Shown: positions 43,865 through 52,612 of the stretch, one piece after another | Layout: each line of letters opens with the position of its first letter | Position numbering within the stretch: the stretch's first letter is position 1 | Assembly: GCA_951812285.1 (NCBI GenBank) | Contig: OX638292.1 | Coordinates: forward strand, 1,387,279-1,451,278 | Direction: 5' to 3' | Source: an uncultured Dehalococcoidia bacterium | Lineage (GTDB): Bacteria; Chloroflexota; Dehalococcoidia; Lucifugimonadales; UBA1127 | Length of the DNA: 64,000 nt | Notes under the pieces: model-generated | What the model saw: only the letters and a program-made list of their open reading frames with translations | Told to the model about the DNA's origin: nothing | Database searches by the model: none | Made by a program: the position numbers and the translations under genes

Positions 43865-44662
43865 CTACAAATTGAGCAGCTTCTCCAGCCCCACCACAAG
43901 TCCTTTGTATTGTACCACCTGCCGAATTGCAGTGAGAACGCCCGGCATGTAGCAGTCGCGGCCTATGGTGTCGTGGCGCAGGGACAGGGTCTGCCCCTGT
44001 GTGCCCAACACGATCTCATGGTGGGCGAGGCGGCCGGGCATACGCTGGGCGTGGATGGAGACACCGTCGAGCTCCGCGCCGCGGCTGCCGGGGGCGGGCT
44101 CGCGGTCGGGCATCTGACGCGCGAAAGGCTCGCCGCGGCCCTCGACTAGGGCGCGGGCGATGGCCAGCGCCGTGCCGGAGGGTGCGTCGATCTTGGCGTC
44201 GTGGTGCTGCTCGACGACCTCGGCCACCTCGAAGAAGCGGCCGAGCTGCTGTGCGAGCTGCACGAGGAGGACGGCGCCGATGGCGAAGTTGGGGGCGATG
44301 ACGACTCCGACGCCGTGCTCCTTCGCGAGGGTGTCGATGGCCTGCAGCTCGGCGGCCGGGATGCCGGTGGTGCCGGCAACCCCGTGGACTCCGCGCCCGG
44401 CGGCGGCTTTCAGCGCGCCGGGGGAGGCGTCGGCGATGGAGAAGTCCACCATCACGTCGGGGTTGAGGGCCTCTATGGCCGTTCCCACGTCAGTGTAGAA
44501 GGGGAAATCGGCGGCGAGGCTCGAGGACGGGCTCAGGTCGACGCCGCCGACGGCCTCCATGTCGGGGGCGGCGCGCACGGCGGCGAGGACCTCGCCGCCC
44601 ATGCGGCCGGATACGCCGTGTACGAGTACACGGAGCGGACTGCTACTTGACTCAGTAGTCAT
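43865..44662 (-). CDS. dapB: 4-hydroxy-tetrahydrodipicolinate reductase
   Basis: 265 aa. VLVHGVSGRMG, EQHHDAKIDAPSGTA. Confidence 0.9.
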   Translation of the reverse strand: MTTESSSSPLRVLVHGVSGRMGGEVLAAVRAAPDMEAVGGVDLSPSSSLAADFPFYTDVGTAIEALNPDVMVDFSIADASPGALKAAAGRGVHGVAGTTGIPAAELQAIDTLAKEHGVGVVIAPNFAIGAVLLVQLAQQLGRFFEVAEVVEQHHDAKIDAPSGTALAIARALVEGRGEPFARQMPDREPAPGSRGAELDGVSIHAQRMPGRLAHHEIVLGTQGQTLSLRHDTIGRDCYMPGVLTAIRQVVQYKGLVVGLEKLLNL

Positions 44663-44672
44663 GGCTGCCTAC

Positions 44673-46901
44673 CTACCGCGGCCCTCGGCCGCCGCCGAAA
44701 CCGCCGCGCGGCGGGCCGTTGCGCCGGAAGTCGGGGCGACCACCGCGGTCGCCGCCGTTGCGGGGACCGCCGCCGCCGTTCGGCTGCGCGGGGGCGGTCG
44801 CGAGCGCCATCTCGGGCGTGAGGCCCTGCAGGACGGCGCGGCGGGAGAGATTGATGCGGCCAAGCCGATCGACCTCGATGACCATGACGCGCACCTCGTC
44901 GCCGATCTGCACGGCGTCCTCGACGCGGGCGACGGGCTCCTCGGCGAGCTCACCGAGGCGGACGAGGCCGTCCTTGCCGGGGAGAATCTCGACGAATGCG
45001 CCGAAGTTGGTGCTGCGGACGACCTTGCCGTTGAAGATGGAGCCGACCTCGGCGTCCTTGGTGAGGCCCTCGACCTTGCTGCGGGCGAGCTCCAGCGACT
45101 CCTCGTTGGGGGAGCCGATGAAGACGGTGCCGTCGTCCTGGACGTCGATCGTTGCCTTGGACTCGGCGATGATGGCGCGGATGGTCTTGCCGCCTGGGCC
45201 GATGACCGCGCCGATCTTGTCGACGGGGATGGAGATCTTGATCATGCGCGGCGCGAAGGGGCTCATGTAGCCGCGCGGGGCCGGGATGGCCTCCAGGATC
45301 TTGCCGAGGATGAACAGGCGGGCTTCCTTTGCCTGCTGCAGCGCCTCGCGCATGATGGCGGGGGTGATGCCCTTGACCTTGATGTCCATCTGCAGGGCAG
45401 TGATGCCGTCGGCGGTGCCGGCGACCTTGAAGTCCATGTCGCCAAGGTGGTCCTCGAGGCCCTGGATGTCGGTCAGGACGGCGTAGTCGCCTGCCTCGCC
45501 CATGATGAGGCCCATGGCGACGCCTGCGACGGGGGCCTTGATTGGCACACCAGCGTCCATGAGGCTCATGGTGCTGCCGCACACGCTGCCCATTGACGTG
45601 CTGCCGTTGGAGCTGAGGGCCTCCGACACCACGCGGATGGTGTAGGGGAAGTCATCCTTGCTTGGGATCATCGGCTCCAGGGCGCGCTCCGCGAGGGCGC
45701 CGTGGCCGATCTCTCGGCGGCCGGGCGTCCCGACGCGACGGACCTCTCCAACGGAGTAGGGCGGGAAGTTGTAGTGGTGCAGGTAGCGCTTGGTCTCGAT
45801 GGGGCTAAGGGTGTCCAGGCGCTGCTCGTCGCTGAGGGAGCCGAGGGTGACGACGCTGAGGATCTGGGTCTGGCCGCGCGTGAAGAGGCCGGTGCCGTGC
45901 GTTCTCGGCAGGACGCCTACCTCGCACGTGATGGGGCGGACCTGGGTGCGCTCTCGACCGTCTGCGCGGACGTTCTCCTTGAGGACGCCCTGGCGGAAGA
46001 GCTGGTTGACGACGTTGTCGAAGGCGTCGGCGATCTGGCCGCGCGGGACGTCGTCAGCTACGGACTCTGCGACTTCAGCCTCGATGAGGCCGAGCTCGCG
46101 GTCGCGCTCACCCTTCTCGCGGCCGGCGAAGATGGCCTGCCGCATGCGGGCGCGGACGTCGTCGGTGATGGCGTCGAAGGCGGCCTGCTCGGGCGCGGGC
46201 GGCGGCTCGACGGTGACCTTGGGCTTGCCGGCGAGGCCGACGAGTTGCTCGATGGCCTCGACGACCTTCGCGTTGGCACGCTGGGCCTCGTCGAGGGCGT
46301 CGAGGACGAGGGACTCGGGGACCACCTTGGCGCCGGCCTCGACCATGACGACGGCGTCGCGGCTACCGGCGACGACGAGCTCCATCGTGCTGTTCTCCAT
46401 CTGCTGGTACGTGGGGTTGACCACGAGCTGCCCGTCGACGTTGCCAACACGGCAACCGGAGATGGGGCCGTCGAAGGGGATGGAGGATATGGAGAGGGCC
46501 GCGGACGCGCCAACGATGGAGAGCACGTCGGGCGGGTTCTCCTGGTCGGCGGAGAAGACGGTGGCGACGATCTGGACCTCGTTGCGGAAGCCCTTGGGGA
46601 AGAGCGGCCGGATGGGACGGTCGGTCAGGCGGGCGGCAAGGATGCCGTCGGTGCCCGGGCGTCCCTCGCGGCGGAAAAAGCTGCCGGGGATCCTGCCGAC
46701 GGCGTAGAGCCGCTCCTCGAAATCGACGGACAGGGGGAAGAAATCGGCGCCCTCTCGGGGCTTGGGGCTCATGCAGGCGGTAACGAGGACGACGGTGTCG
46801 CCGAGTCTAAGGGTGACGGAGCCGTCGGCCTGTCCGGCAACCCAGCCGGACTCGATGGTGAGCGTCTTGCCGCCAACATCACATTGTACGGAGTGGCGCA
46901 T
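44673..46901 (-). CDS. pnp: polyribonucleotide nucleotidyltransferase (PNPase) with an Arg/Gly-rich C-terminal tail
   Basis: 742 aa. Two RNase PH domains, KH and S1 domains, and a tail ...GGGGPRNGGDRGGRPDFRRNGPPRGGFGGGRGPR. Confidence 0.95.
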   Translation of the reverse strand: MRHSVQCDVGGKTLTIESGWVAGQADGSVTLRLGDTVVLVTACMSPKPREGADFFPLSVDFEERLYAVGRIPGSFFRREGRPGTDGILAARLTDRPIRPLFPKGFRNEVQIVATVFSADQENPPDVLSIVGASAALSISSIPFDGPISGCRVGNVDGQLVVNPTYQQMENSTMELVVAGSRDAVVMVEAGAKVVPESLVLDALDEAQRANAKVVEAIEQLVGLAGKPKVTVEPPPAPEQAAFDAITDDVRARMRQAIFAGREKGERDRELGLIEAEVAESVADDVPRGQIADAFDNVVNQLFRQGVLKENVRADGRERTQVRPITCEVGVLPRTHGTGLFTRGQTQILSVVTLGSLSDEQRLDTLSPIETKRYLHHYNFPPYSVGEVRRVGTPGRREIGHGALAERALEPMIPSKDDFPYTIRVVSEALSSNGSTSMGSVCGSTMSLMDAGVPIKAPVAGVAMGLIMGEAGDYAVLTDIQGLEDHLGDMDFKVAGTADGITALQMDIKVKGITPAIMREALQQAKEARLFILGKILEAIPAPRGYMSPFAPRMIKISIPVDKIGAVIGPGGKTIRAIIAESKATIDVQDDGTVFIGSPNEESLELARSKVEGLTKDAEVGSIFNGKVVRSTNFGAFVEILPGKDGLVRLGELAEEPVARVEDAVQIGDEVRVMVIEVDRLGRINLSRRAVLQGLTPEMALATAPAQPNGGGGPRNGGDRGGRPDFRRNGPPRGGFGGGRGPR

Positions 46902-46957
46902 TAGGGAACCTCCTCATTCGTTGCGAGAGGAGGAAGGGGTCGTCCGCGCAGGAGTGG

Positions 46958-47221
46958 TTAGCGGCGGAGACCGAGGTGGGTCAAGAGAGCACGGTATCTG
47001 GGGGGAGCCGTCCTGCCCAAGTAGTTGAGCAACCGCCGGCGCTGCCCGACAAGCTTCAACAGGCCACGACGCGTGTGGTGGTCCTTCTTATGGACTTGGA
47101 GGTGGCGGTTCAACTCGTTGATGCGTCCGGTGAGGACGGCAATCTGCACGTCGGTTGAGCCGGTATCCGTCGCGTGGGTCCTGAATTCGTTGATGAGGGC
47201 TTGCTTTTGCTCGATGTCCAC
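46958..47221 (-). CDS. rpsO: 30S ribosomal protein S15
   Basis: GTG at 47221, 4 nt after GAGG. (M)[67 protein letters not shown]. The track ORF to 47362 extends into repeats. Confidence 0.92.
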   Translation of the reverse strand: MDIEQKQALINEFRTHATDTGSTDVQIAVLTGRINELNRHLQVHKKDHHTRRGLLKLVGQRRRLLNYLGRTAPPRYRALLTHLGLRR

Positions 47222-47229
47222 GTTGCCTC

Positions 47230-47515
47230 GGGACCTATTCCTCTCTCGTTCTTTCGGAGGCAGTATAGCATGGCGATTTGGCGGTGGGAAGGGGTGGGTG
47301 AGGGAGTGGGCTAGTCGGGGTTTCCCAGCGTGCGTGGGGCGACGGGGGCAGGGGTGGGGCAACCACGAGAGTTGCCCCGTCTACGGTGGCATGGCGGGCG
47401 GGGACTACGGTCACGGGCCCCTGGATTCCGTCCGCTGCCTGCGCAGCGGGGCTTTCACGGAAATGACGGTACTGGGGAGAGGGCGCCGGAGGCTGCTTTG
47501 GTGCAGACTGGAACG
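47230..47515. repeat. REP-like hairpin repeat cluster
   Basis: GGGGCAACcacgagaGTTGCCCC, then CCCCTGGATTCCGTCCGCTGCCTGCGCAGCGGGGCTTTCACGGAAATGACGG. Confidence 0.7.
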
Positions 47516-47518
47516 CGC

Positions 47519-47887
47519 TTACGGTGTGGCCCGCTTCAATGCTTCAAGCAGTCCGGTATGACGCCTTTCCGCCTGTTCATTCGCCTCCCGCAGCAGGTCC
47601 TCGATGCTGGACAGGCGGGCGTCCGTGCTGGACTGCCGGGCTTCCATACCATCCATCCGCGACTCGAGCAGTTCAAGGCGCTTGTCCATGTTGGTCACTG
47701 CTATGGTGAGCAGATCGAGGCGCTTGTCCATGTTCGCCACTGCCGTGACGAGCAGATCGAGGCGCTTATCTATGCTGTCCACCCGCGACTCAAGCAGCTC
47801 GAGGCGTTTGTCCATGTTCGTCACTGTGGCCGTGAGCAGCACGATAGCCTGCTCCACTGTGGACACGCGTTGCTCTATCGTCATCAC
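47519..47887 (-). CDS. coiled-coil protein with tandem 14-residue repeats
   Basis: 122 aa. VTNMDKRLELLESR / VDSIDKRLDLLVTA / VANMDKRLDLLTIA / VTNMDKRLELLESR / MDGMEARQSSTDAR. The 42-nt DNA period is visible at 47640-47830. Confidence 0.55.
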   Translation of the reverse strand: MMTIEQRVSTVEQAIVLLTATVTNMDKRLELLESRVDSIDKRLDLLVTAVANMDKRLDLLTIAVTNMDKRLELLESRMDGMEARQSSTDARLSSIEDLLREANEQAERRHTGLLEALKRATP

Positions 47888-48062
47888 GCCTCGCCCAGGG
47901 TTTTCAGAAGCCTATCAAGAAGCAGGGCCATTGTCAAACGTTGCATGCAGCACGCATTGAGCCTCAACCTGTGACGCTACATGCAGGACGGCGGTGTCGC
48001 CGTTGGAGCGACGCTGCTATCATCGTAAGCGCACGGAACGACGACAGTGGAGGTATGCGCCC

Positions 48063-48950
48063 ATGGCGGCGGAGATCATCAACGGCAACGAGATTGCGAA
48101 GCAGGTGCGCGGTGAGGTCGCCGAGGGCGTGGCCGCGCTGAAGGCTTCGACGGGCGTCGAGCCGGGGCTGGCGGTGGTGCTGGTGGGCGAAGACGCGGCG
48201 TCGGCTGTGTACGTGCGCAACAAGGGTCGCGCCGCCGAGGAGGCGGGCATCTACTCGGAGACGTACCGGTTGCCGCAGGAAACGGAACAGGACGAGATCG
48301 TGGAACTGGTGCGGCAGCTGAACGCCGACGACCGCTTCCACGGCATCCTAGTGCAGCTTCCGCTGCCGCCGCAGGTGGACGAGGAGACGGTGTTGTACAC
48401 CATCGACCCGGCGAAGGACGTGGACGGGCTGCACCCATTCAACCTCGGCCGGCTGGCGGCGGGGAACCCGACGTTCGTGCCGTGCACGCCGGCGGGGGTG
48501 CAGGAGATGCTCGTGCGGACGGGCCACGACCCTGCGGGGAAGCACGTCGTGGTGTGCGGGCGCAGCAACATCGTGGGCAAGCCGGTGTCGCTGCTGCTGC
48601 TGCAGAAGGCGGCGGGGGCGAACGCGACGGTGACCGTCTGCCATACGGGAACTCGGGACTTGGGCGAGATTACGCGGCAGGGCGACATCCTCATCGCGGC
48701 GGCGGGACGGCCGGAGTTCATCACGGCGGACATGGTTAAGGAGGGCGTCGTGGTTGTGGACGTGGGGATCAACCGCGTCGACGACGCTACGCGGGAGCGG
48801 GGGTACCGGCTGACGGGCGACGTGGACTTTGGGCCCGTGTCGGAGGTTGCCGCGGCGATTACTCCCGTACCGGGCGGCGTTGGGCCGATGACCATTGCGA
48901 TGCTGTTGAAGAACACGTTGCAGTCGGCGCGGCGGTCGGTTGGGGGTTAG
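48063..48950 (+). CDS. folD: bifunctional methylenetetrahydrofolate dehydrogenase / methenyl-THF cyclohydrolase
   Basis: ATG 48063 preceded by GGAGG. ILVQLPLP, VVCGRSNIVGKP, TPVPGGVGPMT. Confidence 0.93.
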   Translation: MAAEIINGNEIAKQVRGEVAEGVAALKASTGVEPGLAVVLVGEDAASAVYVRNKGRAAEEAGIYSETYRLPQETEQDEIVELVRQLNADDRFHGILVQLPLPPQVDEETVLYTIDPAKDVDGLHPFNLGRLAAGNPTFVPCTPAGVQEMLVRTGHDPAGKHVVVCGRSNIVGKPVSLLLLQKAAGANATVTVCHTGTRDLGEITRQGDILIAAAGRPEFITADMVKEGVVVVDVGINRVDDATRERGYRLTGDVDFGPVSEVAAAITPVPGGVGPMTIAMLLKNTLQSARRSVGG

Positions 48951-49050
48951 GTCGCGGAGGGTAAGCGCCCTTCGACAGGTTCAGGGCGAACGGTACAAGC
49001 CGGGCGACCGCCCCTGGATACCGGCCTCCGCCGGTTTCGAGGGCGGACGG
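48951..49050. repeat. two REP-like units
   Basis: GCGCCCTTCGACAGGTTCAGGGCGAACGG, then CCCCTGGATACCGGCCTCCGCCGGTTTCGAGG. Confidence 0.7.
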
Positions 49051-49401
49051 CTAGCTGGAGGCTACCCAGATGCCGCCGTCCTCCACCTTGACTGGGAAAC
49101 GCGGGATTCCGGGGTCGTAGGGTGAGATCTTGACGTAATTGCGGATGTTGAAGGCGATGCTGTGCCCGGCGCAAACTACCTCCTCGCCGTCCAGGAAGCC
49201 TGCGTCCAGCGGCCAGCTCGCGTGGGGGCACTCGTTGCTGACGGCCACAACTTCTCCTTCGATGTTGGCAAGGCAGATCTCGTAGCCATGGGCCTCGGCG
49301 CGCATGAGCTCGCCGGGGGGCAGGTCGGACAATTCAGCGACGCGGACGTAGTCATCAGCCAAGGTGGCGCTCCTCTGGTGTTCTCGCAACAAGGATAGCA
49401 A
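49051..49401 (-). CDS. small Rieske [2Fe-2S] domain protein
   Basis: 116 aa. CPHASWPLDAGFLDGEEVVCAGHSIAF (CPH...C.GH cluster ligands). Confidence 0.75.
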   Translation of the reverse strand: MLSLLREHQRSATLADDYVRVAELSDLPPGELMRAEAHGYEICLANIEGEVVAVSNECPHASWPLDAGFLDGEEVVCAGHSIAFNIRNYVKISPYDPGIPRFPVKVEDGGIWVASS

Positions 49402-49598
49402 ATGAGCCGCCGTCAGGGCGAGAGCGCGTCCCCTCGGCGTGCTCTAATTTGGGCTCTTGCGGGACCTGCAGCATGTTGACTGAGGCACTTCCCAGGCGCA
49501 CCATTGGCGGACGGGAGACGGCGGGTTGTGACATGTAATGTGACGTCCCCCACGGCCGTTTTCGTATCTGAAAGCAGCTTCAGGTTAGGAGACGCAGC

Positions 49599-50183
49599 AT
49601 GACACAAGGTGCTGGTGGAGAGGCCCAAGCAGAGGGCGCCGAGGCGCGAACGGGCAGGCGGAATGTAACCGGGCTGGTCATCGTGAACACGGGGAACGGG
49701 AAGGGCAAGACGACAGCTGCGCTCGGCGTGCTCTTCCGCGCGTGGGGTCGTGGGATGAACGTGCGGATGTTCCAGTTCATCAAGAACACGGGCTCTCGGT
49801 ACGGCGAACAGCGGGCGGCGGAGAAGATCGGGCTCGACATCAGCGCGCTGGGGGACGGGTTCACGTGGTTGTCGAAGGACCTCGACCACTCGGGCGAGCT
49901 GGCGGCGGAGCAGTGGTCGAACTGCAAGGAGGCGATCCTGCACGGCGGTCACGACTTGGTCGTGATGGACGAGCTCACGTATGCGCTGCAGTTCGGGTGG
50001 GTGTCGACGGAGGAGCTCATCGAGACGCTGAAGCAGCGACCGCAGACGATGCACGTCATCATCACGGGCCGGGGCGCACCGGAGGCGCTCGTCGAGTATG
50101 CCGATCTGGTGACGGAGATGCGAGAGATCAAGCACCCCTTCGCGGAGAAGGGGATCAAGGCGCAGCCGGGGATTGAGTTCTAG
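49599..50183 (+). CDS. cobO: cob(I)yrinic acid a,c-diamide adenosyltransferase
   Basis: 194 aa. GLVIVNTGNGKGKTTAALG P-loop, LVVMDELTYAL, IITGRGAP. Confidence 0.9.
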   Translation: MTQGAGGEAQAEGAEARTGRRNVTGLVIVNTGNGKGKTTAALGVLFRAWGRGMNVRMFQFIKNTGSRYGEQRAAEKIGLDISALGDGFTWLSKDLDHSGELAAEQWSNCKEAILHGGHDLVVMDELTYALQFGWVSTEELIETLKQRPQTMHVIITGRGAPEALVEYADLVTEMREIKHPFAEKGIKAQPGIEF

Positions 50184-50212
50184 CTACGGGGCGTAGCCGC
50201 CGCCCTGCCCCT

Positions 50213-50425
50213 CCCCCCTGGATACCGGCTTTCGCCGGTATGGAGACGGGGGTGGGACCCTGGTTGCCGCCTCTCGCCGGTATGGAGACGGGGTGGGACC
50301 CTGGTTGCCGCCTCTCGCCGGTGTGGTGACGGGGGTGGGACCCTGGTTGCCGCCTCTCGCCGGTGTGGTGACGGGGGCGGGACCCTGGTTTCCGCCTCTC
50401 GCTGGTATGGAGAGTGTGAGTGGGC
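50213..50425. repeat. five tandem copies of a 41-43-nt unit (degenerate REP-derived array)
   Basis: CCCTGG anchors at 50215, 50258, 50299, 50341 and 50383. The unit is GGACCCTGGTTGCCGCCTCTCGCCGGT(A/G)TGG(A/T)GACGGGG(G)TG. Only copy 0 keeps a perfect hairpin, ATACCGGCtttcGCCGGTAT. Confidence 0.85.
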
Positions 50426-50523
50426 TCTGAGGGCTTGCCCCCGCTCAGGGTAAGCGGGGGTAGCGCCGCGCGCAGGGCGGGCGGCCACAAGGGCCACCCC
50501 CAAGACTTTCAGGGTTGCCGTAG

Positions 50524-50835
50524 CTAGCCGAGGTCTACGAGGACGTCGTCGCCCTCCACTTTGCAGGGGATGACGGTGGCTTTCTCCTCAGGCACGCCGG
50601 TGCGCTGGCCGGTCTTGACGCTGTAGAAGTGGCTGTGGCCAGGGCACTCGACGCAATCGTCCTCGAGAATGCCCTCGTGGAGGGCCCAGCCCTCGTGCGG
50701 GCAGAAGTTATCGAGGGCGTAGAACTCGCCATCCAGATTCGCGATCATCACTTCAGTGTCGCCAACCTTGGTCATAGCCAGCATTCCTGGCTTAATGGCG
50801 GATGCCTGGGCGACCTTCACGTAGTTCTCGGGCAT
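50524..50835 (-). CDS. small Rieske [2Fe-2S] ferredoxin-like protein
   Basis: 103 aa. CPHEGWALHEGILEDDCVECPGHSHFY. Confidence 0.8.
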   Translation of the reverse strand: MPENYVKVAQASAIKPGMLAMTKVGDTEVMIANLDGEFYALDNFCPHEGWALHEGILEDDCVECPGHSHFYSVKTGQRTGVPEEKATVIPCKVEGDDVLVDLG

Positions 50836-51089
50836 TGAAGACCTCCGATCAGCATTGTGCGGCCCCTACGATAGCAACTGCGGGCGTCGTTGTGCAACGG
50901 GAATGGGGCTAACTTAGCGGCTCCAGATACGTTTTCAATAGCAAATGACCAGAACGAGAGCCGTCAATGACAGGTCAAAGGAGCAATTCCCAGCTTTGAG
51001 AGGAGGGAGGGGGTATGTGTCCAAATCAAATGCGATACAAAAGTAATACAAACGCTCTTCATCAAAATCAGATACGGGAGCGTAAAACC

Positions 51090-52388
51090 ATGAGCGCCGG
51101 AATAGTTTTCTACATAGGAGTTGCCCTCGTCTTCCTTGTAGCGGCCTGCAGCCCCGAAAGCGACGACACGCAGTCAGGGCGCGCCTCGTCCTCGGCCGCG
51201 CCGACGCCAACGCCCATCGCAATTGAGGCGCCGGTTGTCACAGACACCACCGTCGACACCGTGCTGCTCGACACGCCGGTGGCCGAGACCGTAACAGAAC
51301 CGGCCGCAGTCGAGCCACAGTTGGATGCTATGGACATCGTCGCTGCGAGAGAAGAGGTGCTGTCGCGTATCTACGAGGACTCTTTGCCGTCCGTCGTGTA
51401 CGTACGTGTCGTCCACAAGCTCGACCCTGACGACACCCAGTTCGGCCGCGACTTCTTTGATGGGATACCCCGCGGGCCCTTCAACGAGTACCAGCATGGG
51501 GCAGGTTCGGGCTTCGTATGGGACGAGGAGGGCCACATCCTCACGAACTGGCATGTCGTTGAGGGATCCGACACCGTTAGCGTCGTATTCCACGACGGGC
51601 AGGAGTACGACGCAGAGTTCCTGGGCGGCGACCCGGACTCGGACCTCGCCATCCTCAAGATTGACCCTGAGCTTCGGGAGCTGGAGGCACTGCCGCGTGG
51701 GGACCTGGACGAGATACGCGTGGGCCAACTGGCGCTAGCTATCGGGAGTCCGTTTGGACAGGACTTCACGTTGACCAGCGGCATTGTAAGCGCGCTGGGA
51801 AGGACGATACGCAGCGGCAGCGGGCCGTACTCGATTCCGCTGGTGGTCCAGACAGACGCTCCCATCAACCCCGGCAACTCCGGCGGGCCGCTGCTGGACA
51901 GGCTCGGGCAGGTCATCGGCATCAACACGCAGATCATCAGCAACTCGGGGTCCAACTCGGGCGTTGGCTTCGCGGTGCCGATCGACATCGCCAAGCAGGT
52001 CGTGCCGGACCTGATCGAGCACGGCAAGTACGAGTACGCGTGGCTGGGCATAAGCGGCTCGACGCTGACTCCCGACGCGGTCGAATACATCGGGCTGCCC
52101 GAGGGCACGCGGGGGGTGCTCGTCGTCAGGGCGATCGACGACGGGCCTGCGAGTGAGGCCGGCATCGAGGGCGGGGATGAAGAGGTCACGCTCGAAGGAG
52201 AGGAGCTGACGCTTGGGGGCGACGTCATCGTAGGCATAAACGGCGAGGAAATCCGGGAGATGCACGACCTGATCTCCTACCTGGTGGAGAACACCAAGCC
52301 GGGTGATGAGATTTCGCTGGACATCGTGCGCGACGACGGGGAGACGGAGACCCTTTCGGTCACCCTCGGCACTCGCCCGGAGAACTAG
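51090..52388 (+). CDS. htrA: HtrA/DegP-family serine protease with PDZ domain
   Basis: Start MSAGIVFYIGVALVFLVAAC (signal/anchor). Catalytic-triad contexts TNWHVV, DSDLAILK and GNSGGPL. C-terminal PDZ domain. Confidence 0.9.
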   Translation: MSAGIVFYIGVALVFLVAACSPESDDTQSGRASSSAAPTPTPIAIEAPVVTDTTVDTVLLDTPVAETVTEPAAVEPQLDAMDIVAAREEVLSRIYEDSLPSVVYVRVVHKLDPDDTQFGRDFFDGIPRGPFNEYQHGAGSGFVWDEEGHILTNWHVVEGSDTVSVVFHDGQEYDAEFLGGDPDSDLAILKIDPELRELEALPRGDLDEIRVGQLALAIGSPFGQDFTLTSGIVSALGRTIRSGSGPYSIPLVVQTDAPINPGNSGGPLLDRLGQVIGINTQIISNSGSNSGVGFAVPIDIAKQVVPDLIEHGKYEYAWLGISGSTLTPDAVEYIGLPEGTRGVLVVRAIDDGPASEAGIEGGDEEVTLEGEELTLGGDVIVGINGEEIREMHDLISYLVENTKPGDEISLDIVRDDGETETLSVTLGTRPEN

Positions 52389-52410
52389 CGAATCCGGCAC
52401 CCCACCTCAA

Positions 52411-52450
52411 GGGAGGGCTGTTCCAGGGGGGCAGCCCTCCCTTTCTTTTT
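52411..52450 (+). terminator. rho-independent terminator after htrA
   Basis: GGGAGGGCTG-ttccagggggg-CAGCCCTCCC followed by TTTCTTTTT. Confidence 0.8.
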
Positions 52451-52612
52451 CCGCCGCGCGTCCGGCAAGTTCATGTCCGACTAGTGGACAGGGCTTTCTG
52501 CCGACCAATAGTGCGGTAGGGAACCAATCCACCGGCAATTGTGTCTCTTTATGTGAGGGGCAAGCAGCGCGGCAGCAGTCCCAAAGTAGAAATTCACCCA
52601 AGAGGTGACGTG

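Noticed and set aside
49402-49598. Cobalamin riboswitch upstream of cobO (and upstream of the MetE-like genes)
   Set aside because: I could not find the B12-box (GCCACTG-like) or the conserved GGGAA/GGTG/CCCGC core elements. The gaps upstream of the MetE-like genes are too short. An Infernal scan would be decisive.
50213-50425. Possible CRISPR array (regularly spaced repeats of about 42 nt)
   Set aside because: The units are contiguous, with no unique spacers between them. They are degenerate copies of a REP-family hairpin, and no cas genes are nearby.
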